From positions 102,913 to 166,912 of the IMG/VR virus record IMGVR_UViG_3300032295_003840: a DNA stretch of 64,000 nt; one strand, 5' to 3'. This stretch comes from a virus (taxonomy: Duplodnaviria > Caudoviricetes). A program made the translations under genes and the position numbers. This document shows positions 10,001 through 18,540 of this stretch, in pieces. The number at the start of each line of letters is the position of its first letter. Position 1 is the stretch's first letter. The notes under the pieces are model-generated. The model was not told the origin of the DNA, searched no databases, and saw nothing but the letters and a program-made list of their open reading frames with translations.

Positions 10001-13000
10001 AGGAAAGCTTACTTCCCATTTTTGATTTGATGGTTGAGTAATATAAGCCTGTGTAAAAAATGGATATACACGTAGTTCGGGGTTAGAAAAATTAGCTGTA
10101 ACTAGTCCTGCAGTCACAGGAACATAGTAACCAGAATTCTGATCATAGACGTTGGGTGGAATATTATAAGTAGTATTATAACTGCGGGTATAGCTTACTC
10201 CGTCTTGATTTTCAGAAGACACAAGTAAACCAAAATAATTGCCGTAGGTGAGCCGTTCATAGGAAAACCCATAGACGTTATAGAATGTCGCTGGATTCTG
10301 AGCAGGATGACCAAAATGTACGGTTATACTGCTCAGATCTGACTCTTTGAATTCCAGTTCAAAGATATACTTTGAATTGCCTGCAGTAACAGTGCTGGTC
10401 TGCCAGTCGCCTTCGAATCTTACAATGTGACTTCGATTGGGTGCAGTACCCACGGTGGCCGAGTATATACGCTGCACCGAAGTTACATCGTTGTATTCTT
10501 GAGTGGAATAATTATAATCGAAAAACCCTGGATATAAATAGCCAGGATCATAGAGGCCTAAACCCTCCTGACCGGCAAAACTGGTAAGTCCATCGGTATC
10601 ACGTGGCGTATTGAATACTATATATGCACGATTTGAGACATGAATCGATGTAACTACTGTCCTACCAACCCAGATAGTCCAGGGTAAAGTCACACTAAAA
10701 TAACCATTGATCAGTGTTCCACTGGTGGGTGTGGTCAGTGCAGTGCCCAGTGCAGCAGCGCCTCGAATAGTCTGGGTAGTCTGAGCAACAAAACCAAAAG
10801 CAATTGTTGCCCCCGTACCGGCTCGACCCTTGCGTCCATTGTAGTGTATGGTGTAGTAACGGTTGGGCGCAGTACCAGAAACTCCATGATGCACAGAATC
10901 CAGTCTGTTTTCCACCGATGGAAAAACGCCTATGAAGGGTCCAGTATGGAAAGGCCTAAAAACTCCGAGGAAACTCGATGGAACGCTGGTGTCGCTGGCT
11001 ACGAATCCACTGGCATGAACATAGAGCTTGGTGGTCGATGTATTCAGTATCTGCACAGGAAACGGCAAGGGTATGTCGTAGCGTGTGCTGCGATCAGTTC
11101 CAAATGCAGTGGTACTGATGGCCGAATAGTTGCTGGTGGTCAGCGTAAAGGACAGCGTTGTTCCCGAAATTGTAGTGCCCAGAGATAGACTGGTCTGAAA
11201 TTCCCAGCTTTCCAGAACTGCTGGTATGCTGGTAACCTGTGACCAACGACCAAACAAGGGCTTGGTAACTGTCAAACTAGCAGAAACGGGATAGATTTCA
11301 CTGAGTAAAAAACTGTTGATGCCAACAACACTGGTGCTGCCCGAGGTAAAGGTAAGATCGCCAGCAAGTGCCAGATTGTCCAGATAGATTCGGGGCTCGG
11401 GTTGACCGTCTTCAATGGCAGGTATCGTGGTTTCAGCTGTAATGCCAGCGCTGGTGTTGACATTGGTAATCAGCAGATCTCGGCGAAAACGTGTATTGAC
11501 TCCGCTTACATAGATAAAGTAGTCTGGGGCAACAGGAGTCTGTGCAGCTATGGTCACAGTTCCTGTCACAGGAAGTTCTTGTATGGTCAGCACCGCAGGA
11601 TAGAAATTATATTCTGCAGTCTGTGCAATATTGCGTCCAGAAAATCTCCACCAGGTCTGTAGACTCGAAGGTATCAGTTCCGAAGAAAACTGCGTGCCTG
11701 TACCAGTAAAGGTAATTTCATCGCCGCCGGCCTGCTGCACTGCATTGATGGTGCCAGTGATGCTGGTCACGGGTGCGCTATAACGAACAAAATCGCGATA
11801 GAACAATCCAACGCCTGGTATGCTGTATCTCAAAGTCTGTCCTGTGGTCACAGGCACATCAACAGTTCCAGTGATGCTGGTAAAGGCAAATGATTCCTGA
11901 AAGACTGTGGCGCCGTCAATGGCACCCTGCAGAGCAAAGGTAACATTTTCGCCGCCATAGCTAAAGGCTGGATCAAAAACCACAGCACCGGCCGATGTAG
12001 TGGCGCTGGTACCGGTTCTGAAATTGGCCAGACGGTCCCAGGTAACACCAGGCACCAGATAAAAACTATTGGACGAAGTAAATAGTCGTACCTCGCTGAC
12101 GATCTGATTGGACTGCGAAAACTGTGTAGTAGAACTCACAGCCATGCTGGTTGAATTGTCCAGCAAAATTTCACCAAAAAGATTTCTGCCCGTGGGGTGT
12201 AGTTGTTCCAGCACGGCATCCTGCCAGCGACTCAGATCGGTGCGCGTACGTATCACATAGCTAAACTTTTGCCAGTAGATGCTGTCCTGTATGACCTGAT
12301 CTGAACTCAGCAGACTGGCACTGCCACGCTGACGACCCGGCAGTGTTTCTAACTCGTTGGTGTTAAGTACTGTTATAGTGCTGCTGACATTGTTGGCATG
12401 ATCATAGTATACGCCAGTAATGGTTTCTGAACTGTTAAAGGTTCCGATCAGACTTCGATTCTGCAGACGCAGATCCCAGGCGCCATAGGTGTTGACAACT
12501 TCTTCGACAATGGCCGTGGCATTGCTGCTGTTGCCTGTGATTTCAACTGCAGTCAATTGTCTGGGGTTGCCAGTGACGGCATTGACACGCAGTTTCTTTT
12601 CAACATACCAGTCAGCATCGGACGGTCTAAAAAGCTGCTCGCCTGGTAATTTTATGGTGATTTCATCGTCAAAGAATGCGCGGAAGAAGAATTTAAAACT
12701 TTCTTCGCTGCCTCGACTACGATAAAAATCGCGAAAATGTTTGACCAATATGGTGCGATCCAGTGCCGAGGTCTGTGGCAGATTGGGAGCATAGATTGAC
12801 ATAAACTTCGTGGCCAGACTGCTGGCCGTGGTGTCGATGTCAACGTTGAGTTGAACATTTTGAATTATGCTCTGCGGATTGCCTTCTTGTTCCAGCCACT
12901 CAAAATATTTGGTGACGAACACAACAAACAACGGATAAAATTCCTGAACATAGTCAGGAATCTGCGCTGGCAGCAGATCAGAAACTTTTTTATCTAGGCT

Positions 13001-13003
13001 CAT
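7064..13003 (-). CDS. gp7: Baseplate wedge initiator gp7-like, 1979 aa with large internal insertions
   Basis: N-terminus QIPDYVQEFYPLFVVFVTKYFEWLE, FYRSRGSEESFKFFFRAFF, IQDSIYWQKFSYVIRT, HPTG; lies between gp6 and gp8. Confidence 0.8.
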   Translation of the reverse strand: MSLDKKVSDLLPAQIPDYVQEFYPLFVVFVTKYFEWLEQEGNPQSIIQNVQLNVDIDTTASSLATKFMSIYAPNLPQTSALDRTILVKHFRDFYRSRGSEESFKFFFRAFFDDEITIKLPGEQLFRPSDADWYVEKKLRVNAVTGNPRQLTAVEITGNSSNATAIVEEVVNTYGAWDLRLQNRSLIGTFNSSETITGVYYDHANNVSSTITVLNTNELETLPGRQRGSASLLSSDQVIQDSIYWQKFSYVIRTRTDLSRWQDAVLEQLHPTGRNLFGEILLDNSTSMAVSSTTQFSQSNQIVSEVRLFTSSNSFYLVPGVTWDRLANFRTGTSATTSAGAVVFDPAFSYGGENVTFALQGAIDGATVFQESFAFTSITGTVDVPVTTGQTLRYSIPGVGLFYRDFVRYSAPVTSITGTINAVQQAGGDEITFTGTGTQFSSELIPSSLQTWWRFSGRNIAQTAEYNFYPAVLTIQELPVTGTVTIAAQTPVAPDYFIYVSGVNTRFRRDLLITNVNTSAGITAETTIPAIEDGQPEPRIYLDNLALAGDLTFTSGSTSVVGINSFLLSEIYPVSASLTVTKPLFGRWSQVTSIPAVLESWEFQTSLSLGTTISGTTLSFTLTTSNYSAISTTAFGTDRSTRYDIPLPFPVQILNTSTTKLYVHASGFVASDTSVPSSFLGVFRPFHTGPFIGVFPSVENRLDSVHHGVSGTAPNRYYTIHYNGRKGRAGTGATIAFGFVAQTTQTIRGAAALGTALTTPTSGTLINGYFSVTLPWTIWVGRTVVTSIHVSNRAYIVFNTPRDTDGLTSFAGQEGLGLYDPGYLYPGFFDYNYSTQEYNDVTSVQRIYSATVGTAPNRSHIVRFEGDWQTSTVTAGNSKYIFELEFKESDLSSITVHFGHPAQNPATFYNVYGFSYERLTYGNYFGLLVSSENQDGVSYTRSYNTTYNIPPNVYDQNSGYYVPVTAGLVTANFSNPELRVYPFFTQAYITQPSNQKWEVSFPENSASPVIFRGGDVSTDNGNPGAAYARYNYATGTYNTSNPVWATSLEWSEFYPPDVSGISTRTGLATLIFSDGRIAFNDSSTLRVNFSRIPSSVAITTSIPGTSNSRLLLRSWNAIQGDIFNPTTSYTARAFYYNIGNNARLVIDNTFFLSYVVFDTNLIGTSTGVIARYPQDGYNATSLNRNPNPTLDIRKTSTRYGTISSGWFGNYDNRTTAFGILFSYGSSATVHSRFLQTVPVYGRTHRLNVSGFAGSSGVGTSSYYNNELAPVFTGQDLEAWYSTNPNPQPPTAGQTPSALGWTRWGALVTPTNATFPHGMTSNYGNAFEITANITTTENTSVTWLIWQKSFTTQTSNAAQRLSEYLINFINVVAIPTETRSNNRNVLSSGSVVRVPVRSTQAGATVLEDYYVDEDPRRRTIFGDQYLVLRPVGTVTSVPYQASINSYSTGGTTSYGLYDVSLSNVQLNFVETRTVNSVINQTTLTVTAAWSSTSNRVWGGGAGSGVSRRALAIESVPSDTSLVLRNVVGASRFNAPITISTTVAGLQADRRFTIVSVNNDNDVQVSGGGIYANITGKTATFATPRTTTIDGQTGYLIYGADDNIVNTSLNTRWATDGLPGTDDQGNGYGTRLDDLTVVLDTLDENNEIVETSSFTVLRIFSDSSILVTGSAITGNFFNVPMACIFPANCSQLTIVGTGTQFIATSVTVSEATKVFEEVTEFDFSDRRTGYLDVSGQLLRVISIVDNNTLIVSSLAIRAALLSSTATSFRRIRGFEPPRALGRPGGASFDKAGATISNDESLIVQDANVDYTQIRELYHTTSNLTLGTSTTLLSTSISVAAGSSVLLLVTWTKDLADSADEVLNQLTIAVSSTGTFVVGFDDEVQRNHKDIAQGRTQLYRGSVYLNSSNSISSNTVSHGDVTSTASWIWVPYNVKRSGTFSRFTLLISSSQSTSISIDIGTGLTGSWQSLASDFLNISVIGTS

Positions 13004-14847
13004 GTATTAGTTCCTATGGTATTGATTCTAATACCATTATCCAAGGCAGCCACTGAATCATTGGTTGAATCGTCCAGCAGCAAAATTTCATTGTAGGTAG
13101 GACGAATGTCATCGTCGGTTTCTTGTTGCTCAATATTTATTCTCACGCTGGAGACTTGTCCAACATAGCCCACTATCTGCAGGGTATTGATGTTCATGGC
13201 ACCCGTGGCATAGTTAACTGTGCCAATGTTTTGTTCTATCACAGCACCGTTGGACATGTCAATCAATTGCAGAACTCCAGTGCCCAGAGGATTGGGCGGC
13301 ATCTCATTGGGCTGATCATGAATTTCCACGGTATAAGACACGGCTTCTTTGGTGGTTACAAATCTGGTGCTGCGTACTGTTCCTGGATTGATCCTCACAG
13401 GAAACAGCACTGGCCCAGTAAATACGTCGGTGCCAATGTTGGGCGTGATGCGTTTCTGCAGACGTTTAATGATGTTGATGCTGAGCAGACTATCGTCAAC
13501 ATCCATGAGCTGTTCATGCAGCTGTGATTCATAGTAGACCTGATTAAAACGTCGCAGATTGGCTTCAATAAAACTATTAATCTTGTTGTTGATCAACACG
13601 CTGATCTGCTGAGCACTGCGATTGGTTCGGGCTGTGCTGTAGCGTGCAGTAATTAAAAATCCAATGTAGGTATAGCTGGGATCAACAAAAGCATGTCGCA
13701 TGGTAACCAGACTATGCGGCTGCAGTATGTCTCGAATAATTCTGTTCTTTTCGTCGGTGGTCAGTACATAGCCAGTTTTAGGTGCAATGCTGATGTAGAC
13801 GATACCATATTCTGGCGGACTGTTGCGCTCGCCGCCCCAGACATTGACACTGCGTGCCGCTGGCAGTTCTCTGAGTATCAGATTGGCATAGTCTTGTTCT
13901 GTCACAGCACGATTCTGTGATGTATAGGAACTCAGTGCATTGAATCGTATGTCGTCGATGCTTTCTCGATCCAGTCCACCCACGGGTTTGCTGACAGTGG
14001 CAACGCTGCGATCGCCTGAACTTTCTCCGCCTATGGTCGACGTGTTCCAACTCAACGACAGATTACCAGGAACGTTGCCCACTGCACCGTCGCTGACCAG
14101 ATAAGAAATTTTAACAACGTCGCTGGCGCTGAGATTTTTACCAATGACATCATCACCAAAATAAATCTGATAGAATCCTTCGGTATTTTCTTCCAGGAAG
14201 AATACATTGGTGGTTGCAGTAATGTTGACAATGTTGTCAGCCGCAGTAAATGTCTGACTGAAACTGCTGGTGCCAGAGTATTGCACAGCAACCTGTATGC
14301 TGCGGGTGTCTACATTCTGATTGGGGATCACATACTTGTTGGCCGGAGAGCTGGTGGCACCCACGGTGTAGTAATACTCCAAAGCTCGACCCTGATATAA
14401 TTTTACATTCTCAAAGGTATAGACACCGTCCACTGGTGTAGCCACATAGGATTCTATGGTATAAAAGGGCAGGGTAACAGAGTCAACCACTGTGTTGAAT
14501 AGTTTGTATCGATCCAAGGTTACAAACGACGGCGTATTGGGTACATTTTGCAGTGTAATATTCACCAAGGCTTCGGCACTGCGTGCAGATCTGGGTGTGT
14601 AGCTTAGCTGTTTGGCCAGGCTTACAACACTGGCACGTTTCAAGGCTGTATCAATGAATATCTCGTTGCCCACCATGTTGGCCAACACAGCATTGTAGTG
14701 CGTGTTGTAGGCCAGCAGATCTACCAGAACGCTGAGGTTACTGGCATCAAAATCATAGTCAGTAAAGGCGCTCTGAGATCTCAGATAATCTTTTAGATTC
14801 TCCTTGATGGTATCAAAATCTAGTTCGGTTACTCTGATGTTGGCCAT
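13000..14847 (-). CDS. gp6: Baseplate wedge subunit gp6
   Basis: ELDFDTIKENLKDYLRSQ..FTDYDF..SNLSVLVDLLAYNTHYN, QNRAVTEQDY, VNVWGGE. Confidence 0.95.
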   Translation of the reverse strand: MANIRVTELDFDTIKENLKDYLRSQSAFTDYDFDASNLSVLVDLLAYNTHYNAVLANMVGNEIFIDTALKRASVVSLAKQLSYTPRSARSAEALVNITLQNVPNTPSFVTLDRYKLFNTVVDSVTLPFYTIESYVATPVDGVYTFENVKLYQGRALEYYYTVGATSSPANKYVIPNQNVDTRSIQVAVQYSGTSSFSQTFTAADNIVNITATTNVFFLEENTEGFYQIYFGDDVIGKNLSASDVVKISYLVSDGAVGNVPGNLSLSWNTSTIGGESSGDRSVATVSKPVGGLDRESIDDIRFNALSSYTSQNRAVTEQDYANLILRELPAARSVNVWGGERNSPPEYGIVYISIAPKTGYVLTTDEKNRIIRDILQPHSLVTMRHAFVDPSYTYIGFLITARYSTARTNRSAQQISVLINNKINSFIEANLRRFNQVYYESQLHEQLMDVDDSLLSINIIKRLQKRITPNIGTDVFTGPVLFPVRINPGTVRSTRFVTTKEAVSYTVEIHDQPNEMPPNPLGTGVLQLIDMSNGAVIEQNIGTVNYATGAMNINTLQIVGYVGQVSSVRINIEQQETDDDIRPTYNEILLLDDSTNDSVAALDNGIRINTIGTNT

Positions 14848-15236
14848 TATCGTACTCTGGTAAATGAGGTTGTAAACACACCGGGCTCATTGGTGTTGCG
14901 TATGCGATATTCTATCTGCACAAACATTTCATTGGCATCGGTGGCAGTAACTTGAACAAAGGTCAGTTCCACGCGTGGTTCAAATTTGGTTATGGCATCG
15001 CGTATAGCTCGTTCAGCTATGGTAAGACTTAGCGCATCGTTGGGCTCAAACAACAAATTGTGAATCTGACATCCTAACTCTGGGGCAAAGGGTCGCTCAT
15101 AGTGTCGGGTATGTATTAGATTGCGCAAGGCTCCGCGTATGGCATTGTCGTCACTCTTGGTGGCGACGTCACGTGTACGTGGAGTCAGCGAAAACGCTGC
15201 ATCTAGGTCGGTATAGCTTCGGGATTTTCTGGCCAT
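14847..15236 (-). CDS. gp25: Baseplate wedge protein gp25 (GPW/gp25 family)
   Basis: YTDLD..F, ERPFAPELGC..LLFEP, FEPRV. Confidence 0.93.
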   Translation of the reverse strand: MARKSRSYTDLDAAFSLTPRTRDVATKSDDNAIRGALRNLIHTRHYERPFAPELGCQIHNLLFEPNDALSLTIAERAIRDAITKFEPRVELTFVQVTATDANEMFVQIEYRIRNTNEPGVFTTSFTRVR

Positions 15237-15244
15237 TTTATTAT

Positions 15245-15535
15245 TTATCCTCCGCAGAACACATTGGTTGAACCTTCTGCCACGGCAGTGCAGGCTGTTA
15301 TGGCATCGCCTACTCGACCTGCGCCCTTGCCATTGACCCGCACAGTACTGGATCCTGCAGTTATGGGTGCAGCATGACCAGGGCAGGGCGACCCAGGCAA
15401 CAGATGTGCTGTATTGTTGTCACCCTGACGACTCCAGGGTCTGCCATTGACACGCACATTGGGCGAGCCCTGAGCTCTAGTCATTCCCGAACAATGTGCA
15501 ATGTCGGCATCGCCAACTCGGGTTGCAGCAGGCAT
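15245..15535 (-). CDS. PAAR spike-tip protein (gp5.4-like)
   Basis: MPAATRVGD, GSPNVRVNG, GSSTVRVNGKGAGRVGD, GSTNVFCGG; downstream of gp5. Confidence 0.93.
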   Translation of the reverse strand: MPAATRVGDADIAHCSGMTRAQGSPNVRVNGRPWSRQGDNNTAHLLPGSPCPGHAAPITAGSSTVRVNGKGAGRVGDAITACTAVAEGSTNVFCGG

Positions 15536-15544
15536 GTGTTCTCC

Positions 15545-15748
15545 TTATTGGCCGCGCTCTCGGCGCATGAGTTCTTGAAATCGTGGATACCACTTTTCAA
15601 TCTCTTCATGCTGTGCTTCGGTGTGCGGCGGATCGGGTATGTTGGGATTAAATTTAATCACATGATCAATTTTTTGTGGGATGTCTTCCCAACGGTTAAC
15701 GGTCATTATTTTACCATTAACCATTACTGTGAATTCTGATTTTTTCAT
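15545..15748 (-). CDS. Small hypothetical protein between gp5 and PAAR
   Basis: Likely start MKKSEF at 15748 (ATGA overlap with gp5 stop); WEDIP..DHVIKF.P.IPDPPHT..QHEE resembles small proteins at this locus in T4-like phages. Confidence 0.75.
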   Translation of the reverse strand: MKKSEFTVMVNGKIMTVNRWEDIPQKIDHVIKFNPNIPDPPHTEAQHEEIEKWYPRFQELMRRERGQ

Positions 15749-18540
15749 GGTCGGCTCAGATCGCATAAGTAGAGTTTTAACTGTCCATCGCCCGTGGTTG
15801 CAATCTTATGATCCATGAAGGTAGCAACCTTGGGATATCCTCTGGGTCCATTTACTGGCAATGCTGCACGATTACCATTGGGATTGAAACTGCAATGCAC
15901 CCAGCCCTGGAACACTCCGCTGAATGTTCCATATTCCAGCAGCAGCTGATCATAGGCTACATTGTCGCGAATCCACAGGGCAGCATCATATAGATTTGGT
16001 GCGGCTTTTCCGCCACCAAACTGCATGTCGGCGGCCAGGCCCTCACCATGCTGTGCCTCGCCAGGTCCTATGCGGAACACACTGGTCAGGCTCATCTGTG
16101 GGAAACGCTTCTTGATGGGTTCCAGCACATTGACACATAGTCCACGCAGGTTGTCCAGTATCTGTGCCTTGGTCAATCCATTGGCTGTGGGTATGCTGCT
16201 CTTGAAGAAAGCGCGCGCCTGGGTCGCCGTGGCAATATGCGATGGCAGAATATCGCCCAGAGTATAATTGGCACTGAGCTGTATGCTCAGTGGGAACTCC
16301 CGATAGCTATTGAACTCGCCGATCTTGTAGGGTGTGGGTGGTACAATGATGGCAATTTTGGTGTCAGATCGTTTGCAACCAGCACGGGCAATCTCTTTAC
16401 CACGGTCTACTTCTTCCTGAGTCTTCTTACCAGCAGCCACGTCTTTTTCCTGCTTTAGTGGATCGTCGCCGGCATCGCCAGAGCTACGGTCATCTGTATC
16501 CTGAGTACATTCAACACGATCTAGATCTACGGGTTTGTTGTTCGTGGGTGTGGCTGTGCTCAGCACTTCCAGACCTGAGTCGGCAGCCGACGCAGATTTG
16601 CCATCGTTAAAGTCAATGATGCTGCCATCCAGTGCCATGCTTCCACCGGACTTGATGTTCATGCTATTGCTGGCCTGCAGAAACATGCTGCCGCCGGCCT
16701 TGACATGAAAGTCCTGTTGCGCTTCCATGTAGATGTTCTTGGCCTGAGTCTTAAGATTGCCTGCCACGTTCAGTACTGCATCGTTTTTAACATTGATGGT
16801 GGTGTTGCCCCAGACTTCCACATCCAGTGTGTCGCGTATGAACACCTTGGCAGCATTTTCTACAGTAATGTCATAGCCGCCTTTGATGTAGACGTGATTG
16901 TTTCGGACATAGATGCCGTAGTGGTCGCCCTGTACGTGCTGATGATAGGTTCCGTTTTCGTCAATTTCCACAAAGGTACCAGTGCGGTGATACATGTGCA
17001 GACGCTGGTGTGCGGGTGTGTCATCCATTTCAATGACATGACCGCTTTCGCTTTCCACGACATGGTTATAGGGATACTTGCCGCAGAATGCTGGCTTGGG
17101 TTCACTCCAGCTACCACCATTGGCTGTGTCGACACTTACAACACGATTTCTTTCCTTGGCCTCTACAATGGTGCCCGAGGTATCGCCTGTGGCCAATTTA
17201 TTGGTGTCGGGACGATCAGTATAATCACAGGTAGGATATACACTGTTGGGATCTTTAAAGGCATCGGGACTGCCCAGCTTGGGATCGTTCAGAGTCTCAG
17301 TAGGCGGTGTTGTCTGAGGATCGGGCTGCGCAGTATTGGGTTTGGCCTGATCTGGCGGACGTGACGCAGGCTGACCCAGAAGTTCAGCAACCCTGGTACC
17401 ATTGGGGCTGGCACCCACAGTATAAGGAGGTGTAAAACTATTAACTATGCCCAGAATTTTTACGCCATAGCTAAATCTGCGAATATCACCGCCACCACCC
17501 ACCATGCTGGTAACCAATACATTGGCATCGGCCTGGTTCGTCGGTGGGTAATTTATACCTGTCAACCTCTGAGCAGTACCAGAATCTATGGACAGTCTCA
17601 TGAATGCCGCTGTAGCTTGTGCGGCATTGTCTGGGTCCAACAACAGGTCAGGATTGCTGACAAATCGTTCATCACCATAGGCCAGTTTACTGAGTCTGCT
17701 GTACAGGCTTTTACCTGTGAATTGTATGAAACCACGTCCACGATATTTAAAACCATCGCCAACCTGAAAGTGCTTGAATCCTTCGGGCTTTGATCTGTCT
17801 GCACAGGTCACGCCATACATGTAATCAAAAAATTGTATGTCATTTTGGCTTACGCGTTCCCATTCTTCTGGGGAAAGTATTGCGCATCGTCGTTGTCCAA
17901 ATACTTCGAGAATGCGAGGAAATTTTGTACCGCGATAACTGATTTCTGCCTTGGTGGTTCCACCGGCTTCTTTGAGAGCATTACCAATGACCGCTGCCAC
18001 AAAGTAATGATTGGTTATACCCTGTCGCTTGCAGGCCAGCACAATTTTTTCTAAATTTTCCTGTATCTTTTGATTTGTTGGTGCAGGCTTGGCTACAACT
18101 GAATTGTTCTGATCGGTTCGCACCGGATTGCCGCTGCCATCGCTGACCACGTTGCCGCTGCCATCACGCAGCACGTTGTTGTCACCTTTTGACTGATTGG
18201 CTTCCTGTGCACCACAGGCACGTGTCTTGTCGGGTAATCCACCCATGGTGCCCATGATCATGGGCTGCTGTTTGTCACGACCATCCAGGAAGAATCCAAC
18301 TACCCAGCTGCCTTCTAAGGGCCCAACTGGTGAGGATCCTTTGCCGCTGACACCTGCACTGGTGATGCTCTGCATGGGTATGGCCCAGGGCAGATCGCCT
18401 GTGGGCAGAACTTCTTTGTTGTCGATGTGATAGCCTAAAATGCGCACACGGCAACGTCCCAGTTTTTCTGGATCTTCGCGATCTTCAACGACGCCGATCC
18501 ACCAATAAAATCCGTCACGTCCAAAAATATTATCGTTCAT
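15745..18540 (-). CDS. gp5: Baseplate central spike gp5 with internal GH19-like glycosidase and C-terminal M15-like peptidase domains
   Basis: OB-fold N-terminus WWIGVVEDREDPEKLGRCRVRILGYH..LPWA; YPYNHVVESESGHVIEMDDTP; beta-helix repeats; internal GDGFKYRGRGFIQFTGK; C-terminal TSVFR..QHGEGLAADMQF..YDQLLLEY..WVHCSF. Confidence 0.92.
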   Translation of the reverse strand: MNDNIFGRDGFYWWIGVVEDREDPEKLGRCRVRILGYHIDNKEVLPTGDLPWAIPMQSITSAGVSGKGSSPVGPLEGSWVVGFFLDGRDKQQPMIMGTMGGLPDKTRACGAQEANQSKGDNNVLRDGSGNVVSDGSGNPVRTDQNNSVVAKPAPTNQKIQENLEKIVLACKRQGITNHYFVAAVIGNALKEAGGTTKAEISYRGTKFPRILEVFGQRRCAILSPEEWERVSQNDIQFFDYMYGVTCADRSKPEGFKHFQVGDGFKYRGRGFIQFTGKSLYSRLSKLAYGDERFVSNPDLLLDPDNAAQATAAFMRLSIDSGTAQRLTGINYPPTNQADANVLVTSMVGGGGDIRRFSYGVKILGIVNSFTPPYTVGASPNGTRVAELLGQPASRPPDQAKPNTAQPDPQTTPPTETLNDPKLGSPDAFKDPNSVYPTCDYTDRPDTNKLATGDTSGTIVEAKERNRVVSVDTANGGSWSEPKPAFCGKYPYNHVVESESGHVIEMDDTPAHQRLHMYHRTGTFVEIDENGTYHQHVQGDHYGIYVRNNHVYIKGGYDITVENAAKVFIRDTLDVEVWGNTTINVKNDAVLNVAGNLKTQAKNIYMEAQQDFHVKAGGSMFLQASNSMNIKSGGSMALDGSIIDFNDGKSASAADSGLEVLSTATPTNNKPVDLDRVECTQDTDDRSSGDAGDDPLKQEKDVAAGKKTQEEVDRGKEIARAGCKRSDTKIAIIVPPTPYKIGEFNSYREFPLSIQLSANYTLGDILPSHIATATQARAFFKSSIPTANGLTKAQILDNLRGLCVNVLEPIKKRFPQMSLTSVFRIGPGEAQHGEGLAADMQFGGGKAAPNLYDAALWIRDNVAYDQLLLEYGTFSGVFQGWVHCSFNPNGNRAALPVNGPRGYPKVATFMDHKIATTGDGQLKLYLCDLSRP

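Noticed and set aside
18128-18165. Direct repeat TTGCCGCTGCCATC at 21 bp spacing
   Set aside because: Only two copies, encoding a DGSGN linker repeat in gp5.
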